Of a DNA stretch of 54,425 nt, positions 36,040 through 45,757 are shown in pieces. Position 1 is the first letter of the stretch, and every line of letters begins with the position of its first letter. Location of the stretch: assembly GCA_044360245.1 (NCBI GenBank), contig JBIKKU010000001.1, positions 1 through 54,425 of the forward strand, read 5' to 3'. The notes below the pieces were generated by a model. It worked only from the letters and a program-made list of their open reading frames with translations, was not told the DNA's origin and searched no databases. Position numbers and translations under genes: made by a program. Origin of the DNA: Flavobacteriales bacterium. Lineage in GTDB: Bacteria > Bacteroidota > Bacteroidia > Flavobacteriales_D > UBA2798.

Positions 36040-36192
36040 TTAACGAACTGAAGCGGTATTTTGGTTCAATTTTACTGACACTGAAGTGTAAGCCGGACAT
36101 TTCTGCCCTCCTTTTTTTCTGAACAATCCGCAGGAGGTTAACAGGGAGGCACTGATCAACACGAGGGCGGCAAACGTAAATACTTTTCTCAT
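36040..36192 (-). CDS. small lipoprotein (50 aa), function unknown
   Basis: MRKVFTFAALVLISASLLTSC lipobox followed by a basic GLFRKKGGQKCPAY segment. The start is taken at internal ATG 36192 rather than the ORF-track start. Confidence 0.5.
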   Translation of the reverse strand: MRKVFTFAALVLISASLLTSCGLFRKKGGQKCPAYTSVSVKLNQNTASVR

Positions 36193-36291
36193 TTGGTGTT
36201 CCGGTTTAGGTAATTTGCTTTGTTTGGTTTGTTTTGCGGATGAAAAGATAAATAAAGTTTCCTTAAAAATAAAAATCAACGATTTTTACAA

Positions 36292-36981
36292 ATGATAAGT
36301 CTATTGGAAATGGGAATACAAATGGAGGCAGGTTGGCAAGCGGCATTGGAGCAAGAGCTTCATTCGTTCTATTTTGCGAACCTTCAGGATTTTGTGACCA
36401 AGGAAAGAAAAGAAAAGGTGGTATTCCCTCCGGAAAGATTTGTTTATGAAGCCTTCAACAAAACTCCTTTTGATCAGGTCAAAGTGGTATTGATTGGTCA
36501 AGACCCCTACCATGGCGCAGGACAAGCACATGGCTTAAGTTTTTCGGTTCCCGCGGATGTAAAACTACCTCCCTCCTTGCGGAATATTTACAAAGAATTA
36601 CGCGACGATCTTGGCATTGCACCTGCGCTTTTTGGCGATTTAAGCCAATGGGCTGAACAGGGTGTTCTGTTGCTTAATGCCACGCTTACTGTAAGAGAGG
36701 GTGAAGCCGGATCCCACCAAAACAAAGGATGGGAACAATTTACGGATGCTGTAATCCGTATACTTTCGGAACGAAAAACGGGATTGGTCTTTTTGCTTTG
36801 GGGCAATTATGCGCAAAAAAAAACAGCCTTAATTGATGCTTCCAAACACCACATTCTTTGCTCGGCACATCCGTCCCCTTTATCGGCACATCAAGGATTT
36901 CTGGGAAACAAACACTTTTCGAAAACCAATGCATTATTGGCAAAATCCGGGAAGACCCCTATTGATTGGCAATTGGAATAA
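36292..36981 (+). CDS. ung: uracil-DNA glycosylase (family 1)
   Basis: GQDPYHG catalytic motif, LLLNATLTV, and HPSPLSA. The true start may be the internal ATG at 36322 (MEAGWQAALEQEL...). Confidence 0.92.
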   Translation: MISLLEMGIQMEAGWQAALEQELHSFYFANLQDFVTKERKEKVVFPPERFVYEAFNKTPFDQVKVVLIGQDPYHGAGQAHGLSFSVPADVKLPPSLRNIYKELRDDLGIAPALFGDLSQWAEQGVLLLNATLTVREGEAGSHQNKGWEQFTDAVIRILSERKTGLVFLLWGNYAQKKTALIDASKHHILCSAHPSPLSAHQGFLGNKHFSKTNALLAKSGKTPIDWQLE

Positions 36982-37007
36982 TCTGATTTTATCTACGTTT
37001 ATAACAC

Positions 37008-38732
37008 ATGCGAAAGCTTCCATTGACAATTCTATTTCTCTTGCTTGGATTTACCTCCTCGGCCCAAGAGTGGAAAATTGAATTGTCGTGCGACGCATTA
37101 CCCGCTTCATCCGAGATTAAATTAAAAAGCGGATACAAGTCTGAATTCGAAGCAAGGAAGGCCATTCGTCAAGTTCAACAAGAATTGTTCTCCGCAGGAT
37201 ACGCAGCATGTTCCGTTGATTCCATACATATGACCAACCGAATTTTGCATGTGTGTTTGTATGTTGGACCTTCTTACCAATGGGGCAACATTCGATCAGG
37301 AAATGCTGAAGAAGAAATGTTGAATCAAATTGGCTTTAGAGAAAAAATCTACCGCAATAAAATTTTTCACCGAGATGATTTATTGCGCCTCTCCGAAAAA
37401 GTCTTGAATTATTATGAAAATAACGGATACCCTTTTGCATCCATGCATTTGGATTCGCTACAAAGCAAAGACCATACTTTCTCCGGGGCCTTACACATCG
37501 AAAAAGGAAAAAAAATAATCATCGATACATTAATTGTTAAAGGCGATGCTAAAATAACAGAGACCTATCTCAGCCACTTTATTTCCTGCAAAAAAGGTGA
37601 TCTCTATAACCAATCGGTATTGAACAAAATCGACAACCGCTTGCGCGAAATTTCGTTCGTGGAATTGTTACGCCCGACCGAAATCGTTTTTACCGAAAAA
37701 CAATGTCAGGTAGTGCTGTACATCGGCAAAAAGAAATCGTCACAATTCAATGGTGTCATCGGTATTTTACCCGACAATACCACCGGAAAAATTACCATTA
37801 CCGGAGATGCGCGCTTGCGTTTGCGCAATGGCTTTGGCAAAGGAGAACTCATTGATTTGAACTGGAGGAAACTTGCATCGGAAGTGCAGGATTTGAAAAT
37901 CAATTTCAATTATCCCTACTTATTTAAATCCGCATTGGGGACTGATCTTTTCCTGAAAATGTATAAAAAGGACACGACCTATCTTGAGCTACACAAACAT
38001 GCAGCGCTTCAATACCAGTTGCGCGGAGGGAGTTTTTTCAAGTTGTTTATTCAACACCAAACCAGCGATTTGTTAAGTCCGGGCATGTACACCACAGCAA
38101 GTACATTACCCACTTTTGCAGATGTAAGTCTATTGCTTTACGGTGCAGGATTAAAATATGACCGCCTGGATTACCGCCTCAATCCAAGAAGTGGTTTTTC
38201 GGTGCAAATGGAAGGTAGTGCGGGAAATAAAAAAATCAGAATCAATCCTAAACTCGATATTAGTCTTTACCAAAACACCGATCTGAGTACTACCCAAATC
38301 AACGGGAATTTATTCGCGGAATTTTTTATTCCGGTCATGCGGCGACAGACCATCCGATTCAGCATCAATACTGCGGGTATTTACAATGAAAATCTTTTCA
38401 GGAATGAGCTGTTGCGCATAGGAGGAATTCGAACCCTTCGGGGATTTGATGAAGAATCGATTCAAGCTTCGATGTATGGCATTGGCACCATCGAGTGGCG
38501 CTTTTTACTCGATCGCAATTCAGCATTCTATTTGTTCTTCGATCAGGCCTGGTATGAGCGGAACATACGCGATGAATATTTTTCGGACAGCCCAAAAGGA
38601 TTTGGAGCAGGAATCTTTTTTCAGACCAAAGCAGGAACATTCAGCTTCAATTACGCCTTGGGTTCACAACAACAAAATCCTTTCCAATTGCGCGCTTCCA
38701 AAGTTCATTTTGGTTTTGTAAATTACTTCTGA
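37008..38732 (+). CDS. Omp85/BamA-family outer-membrane protein (POTRA + Bac_surface_Ag barrel)
   Basis: Signal peptide MRKLPLTILFLLLGFTSSAQ, a POTRA-like segment (KIIIDTLIVKGDAKITETYL...), and a C-terminal barrel with RGFDEESI, GFGAGIFFQT and a terminal ...HFGFVNYF. Confidence 0.85.
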   Translation: MRKLPLTILFLLLGFTSSAQEWKIELSCDALPASSEIKLKSGYKSEFEARKAIRQVQQELFSAGYAACSVDSIHMTNRILHVCLYVGPSYQWGNIRSGNAEEEMLNQIGFREKIYRNKIFHRDDLLRLSEKVLNYYENNGYPFASMHLDSLQSKDHTFSGALHIEKGKKIIIDTLIVKGDAKITETYLSHFISCKKGDLYNQSVLNKIDNRLREISFVELLRPTEIVFTEKQCQVVLYIGKKKSSQFNGVIGILPDNTTGKITITGDARLRLRNGFGKGELIDLNWRKLASEVQDLKINFNYPYLFKSALGTDLFLKMYKKDTTYLELHKHAALQYQLRGGSFFKLFIQHQTSDLLSPGMYTTASTLPTFADVSLLLYGAGLKYDRLDYRLNPRSGFSVQMEGSAGNKKIRINPKLDISLYQNTDLSTTQINGNLFAEFFIPVMRRQTIRFSINTAGIYNENLFRNELLRIGGIRTLRGFDEESIQASMYGIGTIEWRFLLDRNSAFYLFFDQAWYERNIRDEYFSDSPKGFGAGIFFQTKAGTFSFNYALGSQQQNPFQLRASKVHFGFVNYF

Positions 38733-38743
38733 TTTTCACTCCG

Positions 38744-39355
38744 ATGAAGCGCTTTTTATGGATCATGCTCATGCTCTGGATGGCCCCGGTTTTTGGACAA
38801 AAATCGAACGATGCTGAATTTGCACTGTTGCTGATTGATTACGTTAAAGCGCATTATCCAAAACTCAACATTCCTAATTTTGTTTATGTGTCGGTAAAAC
38901 ACCAGCATTTGTACTTTATTTCAGACACTACGATCGTTGCCAATTATCCTGTTTCAACCTCTAAATATGGAACCGGAAATCAACTGAACTCCGAAAAAAC
39001 ACCTATCGGATTGCATCGCGTCTGCAAAAAAATTGGCGACCAAACCCCTCATGGTGGAATCATAGATCATTCGGGATTCACAGGAAAAATCGCTGAGATC
39101 ATTCTCAGCAAAGTAAGCAACGGAAAAGATTGGCTCACCACACGCGCGATGCGATTGGAAGGAATGGAATACGGAAAAAACAAAGGCGGCAATTGCGATA
39201 GTTTTGTACGTGAAATCTACATTCACGGCACGCATGAAGAAGGCTTAATCGGATTTCCGGCAAGTCATGGCTGTATCAGACTGCGCAACTCCGACGTTAT
39301 TGAATTGTTTAACCAATGTCCCAACGGAATGTTTGTACTCATTCTGCCTTATTGA
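38744..39355 (+). CDS. periplasmic L,D-transpeptidase (YkuD domain)
   Basis: Signal peptide, and catalytic IHGTHEEGLIGFPASHGCIRLRNSDVIELF (the HGC motif). Starts 11 nt after the Omp85 stop. Confidence 0.88.
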   Translation: MKRFLWIMLMLWMAPVFGQKSNDAEFALLLIDYVKAHYPKLNIPNFVYVSVKHQHLYFISDTTIVANYPVSTSKYGTGNQLNSEKTPIGLHRVCKKIGDQTPHGGIIDHSGFTGKIAEIILSKVSNGKDWLTTRAMRLEGMEYGKNKGGNCDSFVREIYIHGTHEEGLIGFPASHGCIRLRNSDVIELFNQCPNGMFVLILPY

Positions 39356-40798
39356 TTAATGGATCACTTCAAATTTTCCGCGGTAAGTCAGCGTAACATC
39401 CCTACCTATAATTTCATAAAAATACATACCGGAAGACAATCCCAAAGTTGAAAACTCCACAAGTGAATTGCCTATAATTTCGGTTTGCGCTACGCGCTTT
39501 CCTTGCATGTTGTAGATCTGAATATCAAACGAAAACATGCGTGGATTGGCCAAATAAAACCAAGCGCTTTCTTGTGCCGGATTTGGATACACGCCGAATT
39601 CAGCACTCGTTTCAATGCGCGGAGGAGGAGTAAATTCCAGCAGAAACAAGCCATTGCGTTGATCACTGATGAGTATTTTCTTTCCACCGGGAAATACATG
39701 AATTCCCCATGCACCGGAAAAATCATTTTCTGTAGCGAAATAGGTATCAAACCATCCCGATAGAACAGGATCGGACGGATGGGATACATCGAAAATTTGC
39801 AATCCATCGTAGTAATACGACAAATACACGTAATCACCCATAAGTATAGGATTGTGTGCCGTTGTATTTGAATTTCCTAAAGACTTAAAATTGGCCACAA
39901 CCTGAATGTCGGAGAGGTCGGAAACATCACAATATTTTACCGGTCGACCTGGTGTTTCATCTGTAAAAACATATTGTTTACCATTTTCCGAAAGCCAACC
40001 GGAATGGTTATAGCCTGAATAAGGATAGCTCGATAAATCACCAATAATGATTGGTACGGAAGGATTTGCAAAATTGACTACTACCACACCTGATGGTCCG
40101 CAATTCAACCAAGCCGTGTCGTTGCGCACATAAGCATCGTGCACATATTGCACCATATTAAAATGCGACATCAATTGAGGTTGTTGTGGATTACTCAAAT
40201 CATAAACCGATAAAGCATCTTCTCCGGTAAGATTTGAATTTGGTCCGCAGATGTACATCCTTGCTGAAGCGGTATCAATAAAAATGCTATGCGCTCTTTG
40301 CACCAAACTGTCGGAATCATACACCACATGCAATGAATCGGGCATGTAGCTTAAATCAATGATTTGTAAAGAAGACAATCCTTGATCGCAAATGGCATAC
40401 ACATATCCGTTGTAGAAAAATGCGTCGCGGTTGATAACCTGATTGCTGATTATTTTTCCGGGAACTTCACCTCGGTAAATCAATTGGTCTTCATTCGAAA
40501 TTTCCAGAATAACGGTGCCATCCGTGGTACACAATGCTGCAAATTCTTTTCCGTTGTAGTTGAAACCATGTACATCAGAATAAAAATTTTCTGCAATGTT
40601 TTGGGTAATGGAGGAATTGTGCCAAAGGTCTTTTTGAATGACCTGAAAAGCACTTTGCGCTTGCACCTGAAAAATCAGAAAGCTGAACCACAAGAAAAGT
40701 ATTCCATTTCTTACCTGTTCAACTAAGTATTTATTTTTCGCGGTATTGGTCAACGTGTTAATTTTCCTTAAAAATACAATGTTTTGGACCAAAACCAT
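39356..40798 (-). CDS. LVIVD-repeat beta-propeller protein with type A T9SS C-terminal sorting domain
   Basis: Repeats of the L.I.D.SnP type (SLQIIDLS, LSVYDLSNPQQP, VVVVNFANPSVP, LQIFDVSHPSDP). C-terminal FGVYPNPAQESAWFYL...GMYFYEIIG...GKFEVIH. The start is uncertain: ATG 40798 is preferred over TTG 40846. Confidence 0.8.
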   Translation of the reverse strand: MVLVQNIVFLRKINTLTNTAKNKYLVEQVRNGILFLWFSFLIFQVQAQSAFQVIQKDLWHNSSITQNIAENFYSDVHGFNYNGKEFAALCTTDGTVILEISNEDQLIYRGEVPGKIISNQVINRDAFFYNGYVYAICDQGLSSLQIIDLSYMPDSLHVVYDSDSLVQRAHSIFIDTASARMYICGPNSNLTGEDALSVYDLSNPQQPQLMSHFNMVQYVHDAYVRNDTAWLNCGPSGVVVVNFANPSVPIIIGDLSSYPYSGYNHSGWLSENGKQYVFTDETPGRPVKYCDVSDLSDIQVVANFKSLGNSNTTAHNPILMGDYVYLSYYYDGLQIFDVSHPSDPVLSGWFDTYFATENDFSGAWGIHVFPGGKKILISDQRNGLFLLEFTPPPRIETSAEFGVYPNPAQESAWFYLANPRMFSFDIQIYNMQGKRVAQTEIIGNSLVEFSTLGLSSGMYFYEIIGRDVTLTYRGKFEVIH

Positions 40799-40883
40799 GT
40801 TCTTAAAACTTACCCAATAATGCTTGCTCCCAAAATAGGCAGGCAATCGAAATAAACTCTATTTTTACCCCACAAATCAACCA

Positions 40884-41609
40884 GTGTCCGACGCTCTCGT
40901 AATCATACCCACCTACAACGAAAAGGAGAATATTGAAAACATTCTTCGTAAAACCTTTTCACTGGCAAAGGATTTCCATGTGCTTATTGTGGATGATGGT
41001 TCTCCCGATGGTACCGCACAAATAGTTCGCGATTTGATGCAAGAGTTTCCGGGTCGACTCTTTATGGAAGAACGCAAAGGCAAAGGTGGTTTGGGAACGG
41101 CCTACATTCACGGATTTCGCTGGGCTTTGCAACATGAATACGGATACATTTTTGAAATGGATGCCGATTTCTCGCACAATCCCGACGATTTGGAACGTTT
41201 GTACAAAGCCTGTGCAATAGATGGATTTGACATGTCGGTTGGAAGCCGTTACTGCAAAGGTGGTCACGTAAAAAACTGGCCATTTACCCGCTGGCTGATG
41301 AGCTATTTCGCTTCTTTGTATGTCCGCATCATTTTGTGGATCAACATCAAAGACACCACCGCCGGATTTAAATGCTACAAGCGTCAGGTCCTTCAAACCA
41401 TCGATTTGGATAATATCCATTTTGTGGGATACGCTTTTCAAATTGAAATGAAATACACCGCCATTCTGCATGGCTTCCGCATCAAAGAAGTGCCCATTAC
41501 CTTTATTGACAGGCAGTTCGGTCAATCGAAAATGAGCATGAAGATTTTCCGGGAAGCTTTTTGGGGTGTCTTTAAAATGCGTAGAAAAAAAGTGAAGTCC
41601 GTTCGCTAA
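40884..41609 (+). CDS. GT2 polyprenol-monophosphomannose (dolichyl-phosphate mannose-like) synthase
   Basis: GTG start. VIIPTYNEKENI, VDDGSPDGT and MDADFSH (DxD) motifs. Confidence 0.88.
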   Translation: MSDALVIIPTYNEKENIENILRKTFSLAKDFHVLIVDDGSPDGTAQIVRDLMQEFPGRLFMEERKGKGGLGTAYIHGFRWALQHEYGYIFEMDADFSHNPDDLERLYKACAIDGFDMSVGSRYCKGGHVKNWPFTRWLMSYFASLYVRIILWINIKDTTAGFKCYKRQVLQTIDLDNIHFVGYAFQIEMKYTAILHGFRIKEVPITFIDRQFGQSKMSMKIFREAFWGVFKMRRKKVKSVR

Positions 41610-41639
41610 GTTCTTCGTAAAAGTGAAGCATTCGCTCTT

Positions 41640-41647
41640 TATTTTTG
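41640..41647 (+). promoter_or_regulatory. candidate -7 promoter box (TATTTTTG) for the dihydroorotase gene
   Basis: Perfect TAnnTTTG ending 15 nt before ATG 41663. The ORF-track TTG start at 41645 lies inside this box. Confidence 0.45.
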
Positions 41648-41662
41648 GGCAAAATTTTTCTT

Positions 41663-42991
41663 ATGATTCTTATCCGCAACGCCCGAATTGTTAATGAAGA
41701 TAAAATTTTCGAAGGCGACGTAGCCATTGAGGGTGCTTTCATTCGCGCCATTGGGACCAATCTTGAAGGTCATTTTGAAAAAACCATAGATGCAAAAGGG
41801 AAATATTTACTCCCCGGATTGATTGATGACCAGGTTCATTTCCGCGAACCCGGTCTCACGCATAAAGCAGAAATTTACACCGAAGCCAAAGCTGCTGTTG
41901 CCGGAGGAATTACTTCCTTCATGGAAATGCCTAACACAGTGCCCAATACTTTAACCCAAGCCTTGCTGGAAGAAAAATACCAACGTGCACATGAGGTTTC
42001 ACTGGCGAATTATTCTTTCTTCATGGGCGCCTCCAACGACAACCTCGATGAAGTTTTAAAAACCAACGGCAGAAATGTTTGTGGTGTAAAAATCTTTATG
42101 GGTTCTTCTACCGGAAACATGTTGGTGGACAAACACGATGTACTCGAAGCCATTTTCTCTCAATGCAAATTGCTTATTGCAACCCATTGTGAAGATGAAG
42201 CAACCGTCCGCGCCAACAACGAAAAATTCAAACAGGAATACGGCGATAAATTAGACGCTACATTCCACCCCATCATCCGCAATGAAGAAGCTTGTTACCT
42301 CTCCTCTTCTCTGGCGGTTGATTTAGCCAAAAAATACGGAACACGATTACACATCCTTCATATTTCCACTGCCAAAGAAGTTGAGTTGTTCGATTCCAAA
42401 ACACCACTCAAAGAGAAAAAAATTACCTCCGAGGCTTGCGTGCACCACCTCTGGTTTAGCGATGAAGATTACAAAACCAAAGGAAATTTCATCAAATGGA
42501 ATCCTGCCGTAAAATCGGCTAAAGACCGTGATGGCATTTTAAAAGGTGTTTTGGATGACCATATTGATGTATTGGCCACCGATCACGCGCCACACACCTT
42601 CGAAGAAAAATCGCAACATTACACCACAGCGCCAAGCGGCGGACCATTGGTTCAGCATTTTTTACCTGCACTTTTGGAAATGCATCATCAAGGAAAAATC
42701 AGTCTGGAAAAAATTGTAAGAAAAGCTGCACATAACGTAGCCGATTGTTTTTGCATTGAGAAACGCGGCTATATCCGTGAAGGTTATTTTGCCGATTTGG
42801 TCTTGGTAGATTTGAACGCACCATGGACCGTTGAAAAAAGCAATATTCTTTACAAATGCGGATGGTCGCCTTTTGAGGGACAAACCTTCCATGCGCAAAT
42901 CACCGACACTTTCGTCAGCGGACATCATGCTTACTCCAATGGCGTTTTTGACGAATCGAAAAAAGGAATGCGCTTATTGTTTGAACGTTGA
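41663..42991 (+). CDS. pyrC: dihydroorotase (cyclic amidohydrolase family)
   Basis: MILIRNARIVNEDKIFEGDV..., PGLIDDQVHFREPG, VKIFMG, ATHCED, LHILHIS and ATDHAPH metal-ligand contexts. Confidence 0.85.
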   Translation: MILIRNARIVNEDKIFEGDVAIEGAFIRAIGTNLEGHFEKTIDAKGKYLLPGLIDDQVHFREPGLTHKAEIYTEAKAAVAGGITSFMEMPNTVPNTLTQALLEEKYQRAHEVSLANYSFFMGASNDNLDEVLKTNGRNVCGVKIFMGSSTGNMLVDKHDVLEAIFSQCKLLIATHCEDEATVRANNEKFKQEYGDKLDATFHPIIRNEEACYLSSSLAVDLAKKYGTRLHILHISTAKEVELFDSKTPLKEKKITSEACVHHLWFSDEDYKTKGNFIKWNPAVKSAKDRDGILKGVLDDHIDVLATDHAPHTFEEKSQHYTTAPSGGPLVQHFLPALLEMHHQGKISLEKIVRKAAHNVADCFCIEKRGYIREGYFADLVLVDLNAPWTVEKSNILYKCGWSPFEGQTFHAQITDTFVSGHHAYSNGVFDESKKGMRLLFER

Positions 42992-43338
42992 AAAAAATCG
43001 TGCTACATATTTGTTTCGGAGTTCTTCTCGCGGGTTCATGCAAACCGAGTATGGAAGAAATACCCACGCCCGAACCCTACTACGATGATCAAAAAATGAT
43101 TGAAGTTCTGGTGGACATGCACCTCACAGAGGCTCTCATTTCCACGCAGGTGAACCTTAGCGATTCGCTTTCAAAACAAACGGAAGAGGAATACCGTCAA
43201 CTATTCAAAAGGCATCAAATAACCAAAGAAGGATTTCAAAAAAATGTTGAATACCTATCGCACAAAATGGATCAGTTTTCATCCTTTATGGACCGTGTGG
43301 TGGACAGCCTGAATGTTTTAAATACTTCCTTGCGCTGA
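42988..43338 (+). CDS. DUF4296-like small lipoprotein
   Basis: The TTG start overlaps the pyrC stop. Lipobox LLAGSC. The MIEVLVDMHLTEA segment resembles DUF4296 proteins as I recall them. Confidence 0.6.
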   Translation: MKKIVLHICFGVLLAGSCKPSMEEIPTPEPYYDDQKMIEVLVDMHLTEALISTQVNLSDSLSKQTEEEYRQLFKRHQITKEGFQKNVEYLSHKMDQFSSFMDRVVDSLNVLNTSLR

Positions 43339-45756
43339 TTATTTCACAACCAAACGTTGCGCATCTATAATTTTCCCGCTTCGGTCCGAAAGCAAAACCA
43401 AATACATTCCGGAAGGCCATTGAGAGACATCAAAACGCAATTGGTCTTGACTCGCCGCCATCATGGTCACTACTTTACCATTGGCATCGAACACCTGAAC
43501 ATTATTGACTTGCATGTGATTTGGCCACTCCAGGGAAACCCAGTCATTTGAAGGGTTCGGAACAATTTTCAAAAGATTTTGGTGTTGCTCCTGAATGCCA
43601 ACTGTTGACACTTTAATACCTAAAGCATAATCGCCGGCTTTCAAGGAATCGATTTGAACGGATCCGATTTTATCGGTTTTATTCGAAGCTGTAAACATGG
43701 AGTAATTGGGATACTCGATCCAATTCGTTGCTGTATTCGGACGCCAGAAAAGAACAAGACTATCTTCGTGAAAAGCAACCGCACCGTGATTTACCATAAG
43801 ACTATCATCAAGATATCCGGCCGCTGTTGTTGTTCCGTTGTAATCAATTTTTCCGCGTGTAACAATGTTTTCCAAGTCAATGCCGGAAACTCGCCAATAG
43901 CGGTCGGGTGAAATCAAACAGAAAAAATTTGCCTGAATAAAATCATCTGCTCCAACCCAATGCTGCTCCACTCGGAAAAAAGCTGAATCGGTAACGGCAG
44001 AAGTGGTGATCTGAAAATTGGCATGCGAAAGAGATTTCAAACCTGTAGTTTTGATCACAAAATTTTCTCCGGTGACGGCATCACTAATACGTTCATCTTC
44101 ATTAAGCGTAACCATTGCAGGCTGAAAGGGAACACTGATGGTAAAACTCATGGATGGTCCGCTCATGACAATGGCTCCACTATGCACGTTCCAATTGGCA
44201 TCGCGGAAAAAAACATTCAATGGAACATTGTTGTAATAATGTGGCGCACGACGAAGTTTTTGTTTTACATAAATCGTTACATCGTATGTCAATCCATTGG
44301 CTTGCACATGAAAAGAATCGATACTGAATTCAGGCCATCCCGGATTGAAAATCCAGTCTTCGAAAAAATCTGTTACATCAACCCCGGCTATGCTATTGAG
44401 TTGATCGCGAAACTGTGTTGAATTCAGATTTTGCAAAAAGTTATTTGCTTGGATGGTTTGCAATCCGAGGAAGAATAATGAATCACCCATGTACGAACGC
44501 ATGGTATGAATAACATCGGAACCTTTGTCGTAGGTTGTAGTTCCGTAGGTTACCGCTTGGGGCATCGCTGCAAGTGACCACCATCCGCCATCATCTACAT
44601 GTGCTTTCCACAACATTTTTTTATGATTGGATCGCACTTCATTATCATAGGCCGTTCTTCCATGCACAAATTCAAGAAATAATTTTTCCGAATAGGATGC
44701 CATTCCTTCGTTAATCCACATGTGTTCGGCAGTTTCACAGGTGAGCAAATTTCCCCACCAATGGTGCGATAATTCATGCGCCATTAAGGTTTCGTATTGC
44801 GTGTTGCCGGTAATGGTAGCTTGTGGATAAGAAATGTTGGTGGCATGTTCCATCGCTCCTGAACTAAAAGGCACCAATGAATAACCAACTTTATTCCAGA
44901 TATAAGGACCATAATACGTTTCGAAAGCTTCCATGGCACCAAACAAATTCACGAATGAATTTTTCATGTTACTGGTATCTCCCGGCAATGCCGTAAGCTG
45001 CACAGGAATGGTTGTGCCAAATACAGGAGAGACATAGGTTTGATTGACATGCGTATAAGGTGCGACGTTGATACCGGCAAGGTAAGTTGGAATGGGAGTA
45101 TCCATGCGCCATTGCGTGTAGGTATCTGAACCAATTGTGTTTTCTGAAACCAAATAACCATTTGCATACGCACGTTTTCCATTGTTGGTTTTGATGAAAA
45201 AATCGTAGGTCGCACGTTCTGCGAAATTGTCGAAACAAGGATGCCATACACGACCATAATTGTGCGGTAAAGCTTCAAATCCTACACCCAGATTAAACGA
45301 ATAATTTCCGTTCCAATACCAACCACCCCAGCCGCTGGGATCCATTTGTGGCGTACCATGGTAGAATACGGTCAGCTCTGTTGTATCGGTGTTGTTCATG
45401 GAATTCAACAGCGTAATCCGAAGTAAAGTATCGGAATACACATAAGAAACATGCGTTCCGTTTTGCAAAACAGAATCGATGTTCATGTGTAGTAAATCGA
45501 GAGCAATGGAAGGTACATTGTTTAAGAGCGAACGAAATTTGACTGTTGTAAATCCGGAAATGGTATGTCCTGCAAAATCGGTAATGTCCAAATTCACGGC
45601 GTAATTCAACACATCAATGGTATCACTGCGTTGGTTTCCTGTGAGTGAACGGTAAACAGGTGTTCCATTACTTCCACGGTGCACGCACTGTTGCGCCAAC
45701 AAAATGGAAGTTTGAAATAAAAAGAAAAAAACAATAAGCAGACGAAACAATTTCAT
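43339..45756 (-). CDS. M1-family aminopeptidase with type A T9SS C-terminal sorting domain
   Basis: Signal peptide MKLFRLLIVFFFLFQTSILLAQQ, GAMEH (GxMEN-like), HELSHHWWGN...(18 aa)...WINEG, and C-terminal LKIVPNPSNDWVSLEW...GMYLVLLSD...RLVVK. Confidence 0.88.
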   Translation of the reverse strand: MKLFRLLIVFFFLFQTSILLAQQCVHRGSNGTPVYRSLTGNQRSDTIDVLNYAVNLDITDFAGHTISGFTTVKFRSLLNNVPSIALDLLHMNIDSVLQNGTHVSYVYSDTLLRITLLNSMNNTDTTELTVFYHGTPQMDPSGWGGWYWNGNYSFNLGVGFEALPHNYGRVWHPCFDNFAERATYDFFIKTNNGKRAYANGYLVSENTIGSDTYTQWRMDTPIPTYLAGINVAPYTHVNQTYVSPVFGTTIPVQLTALPGDTSNMKNSFVNLFGAMEAFETYYGPYIWNKVGYSLVPFSSGAMEHATNISYPQATITGNTQYETLMAHELSHHWWGNLLTCETAEHMWINEGMASYSEKLFLEFVHGRTAYDNEVRSNHKKMLWKAHVDDGGWWSLAAMPQAVTYGTTTYDKGSDVIHTMRSYMGDSLFFLGLQTIQANNFLQNLNSTQFRDQLNSIAGVDVTDFFEDWIFNPGWPEFSIDSFHVQANGLTYDVTIYVKQKLRRAPHYYNNVPLNVFFRDANWNVHSGAIVMSGPSMSFTISVPFQPAMVTLNEDERISDAVTGENFVIKTTGLKSLSHANFQITTSAVTDSAFFRVEQHWVGADDFIQANFFCLISPDRYWRVSGIDLENIVTRGKIDYNGTTTAAGYLDDSLMVNHGAVAFHEDSLVLFWRPNTATNWIEYPNYSMFTASNKTDKIGSVQIDSLKAGDYALGIKVSTVGIQEQHQNLLKIVPNPSNDWVSLEWPNHMQVNNVQVFDANGKVVTMMAASQDQLRFDVSQWPSGMYLVLLSDRSGKIIDAQRLVVK

Positions 45757-45757
45757 A

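Noticed and set aside
41800-41850. The dihydroorotase metal-binding HxH motif reads QVH (IDDQVHFREPG), which raises the possibility of an inactive PyrC-prime-like protein.
   Set aside because: The other ligand contexts appear intact (VKIFMG Lys, ATHCED, LHILHIS, ATDHAPH). I believe the same DDQVHFREPG string is typical of Bacteroidota dihydroorotases, though I cannot verify that here. It is probably a lineage feature rather than a defect. An alignment with characterised enzymes would settle it.
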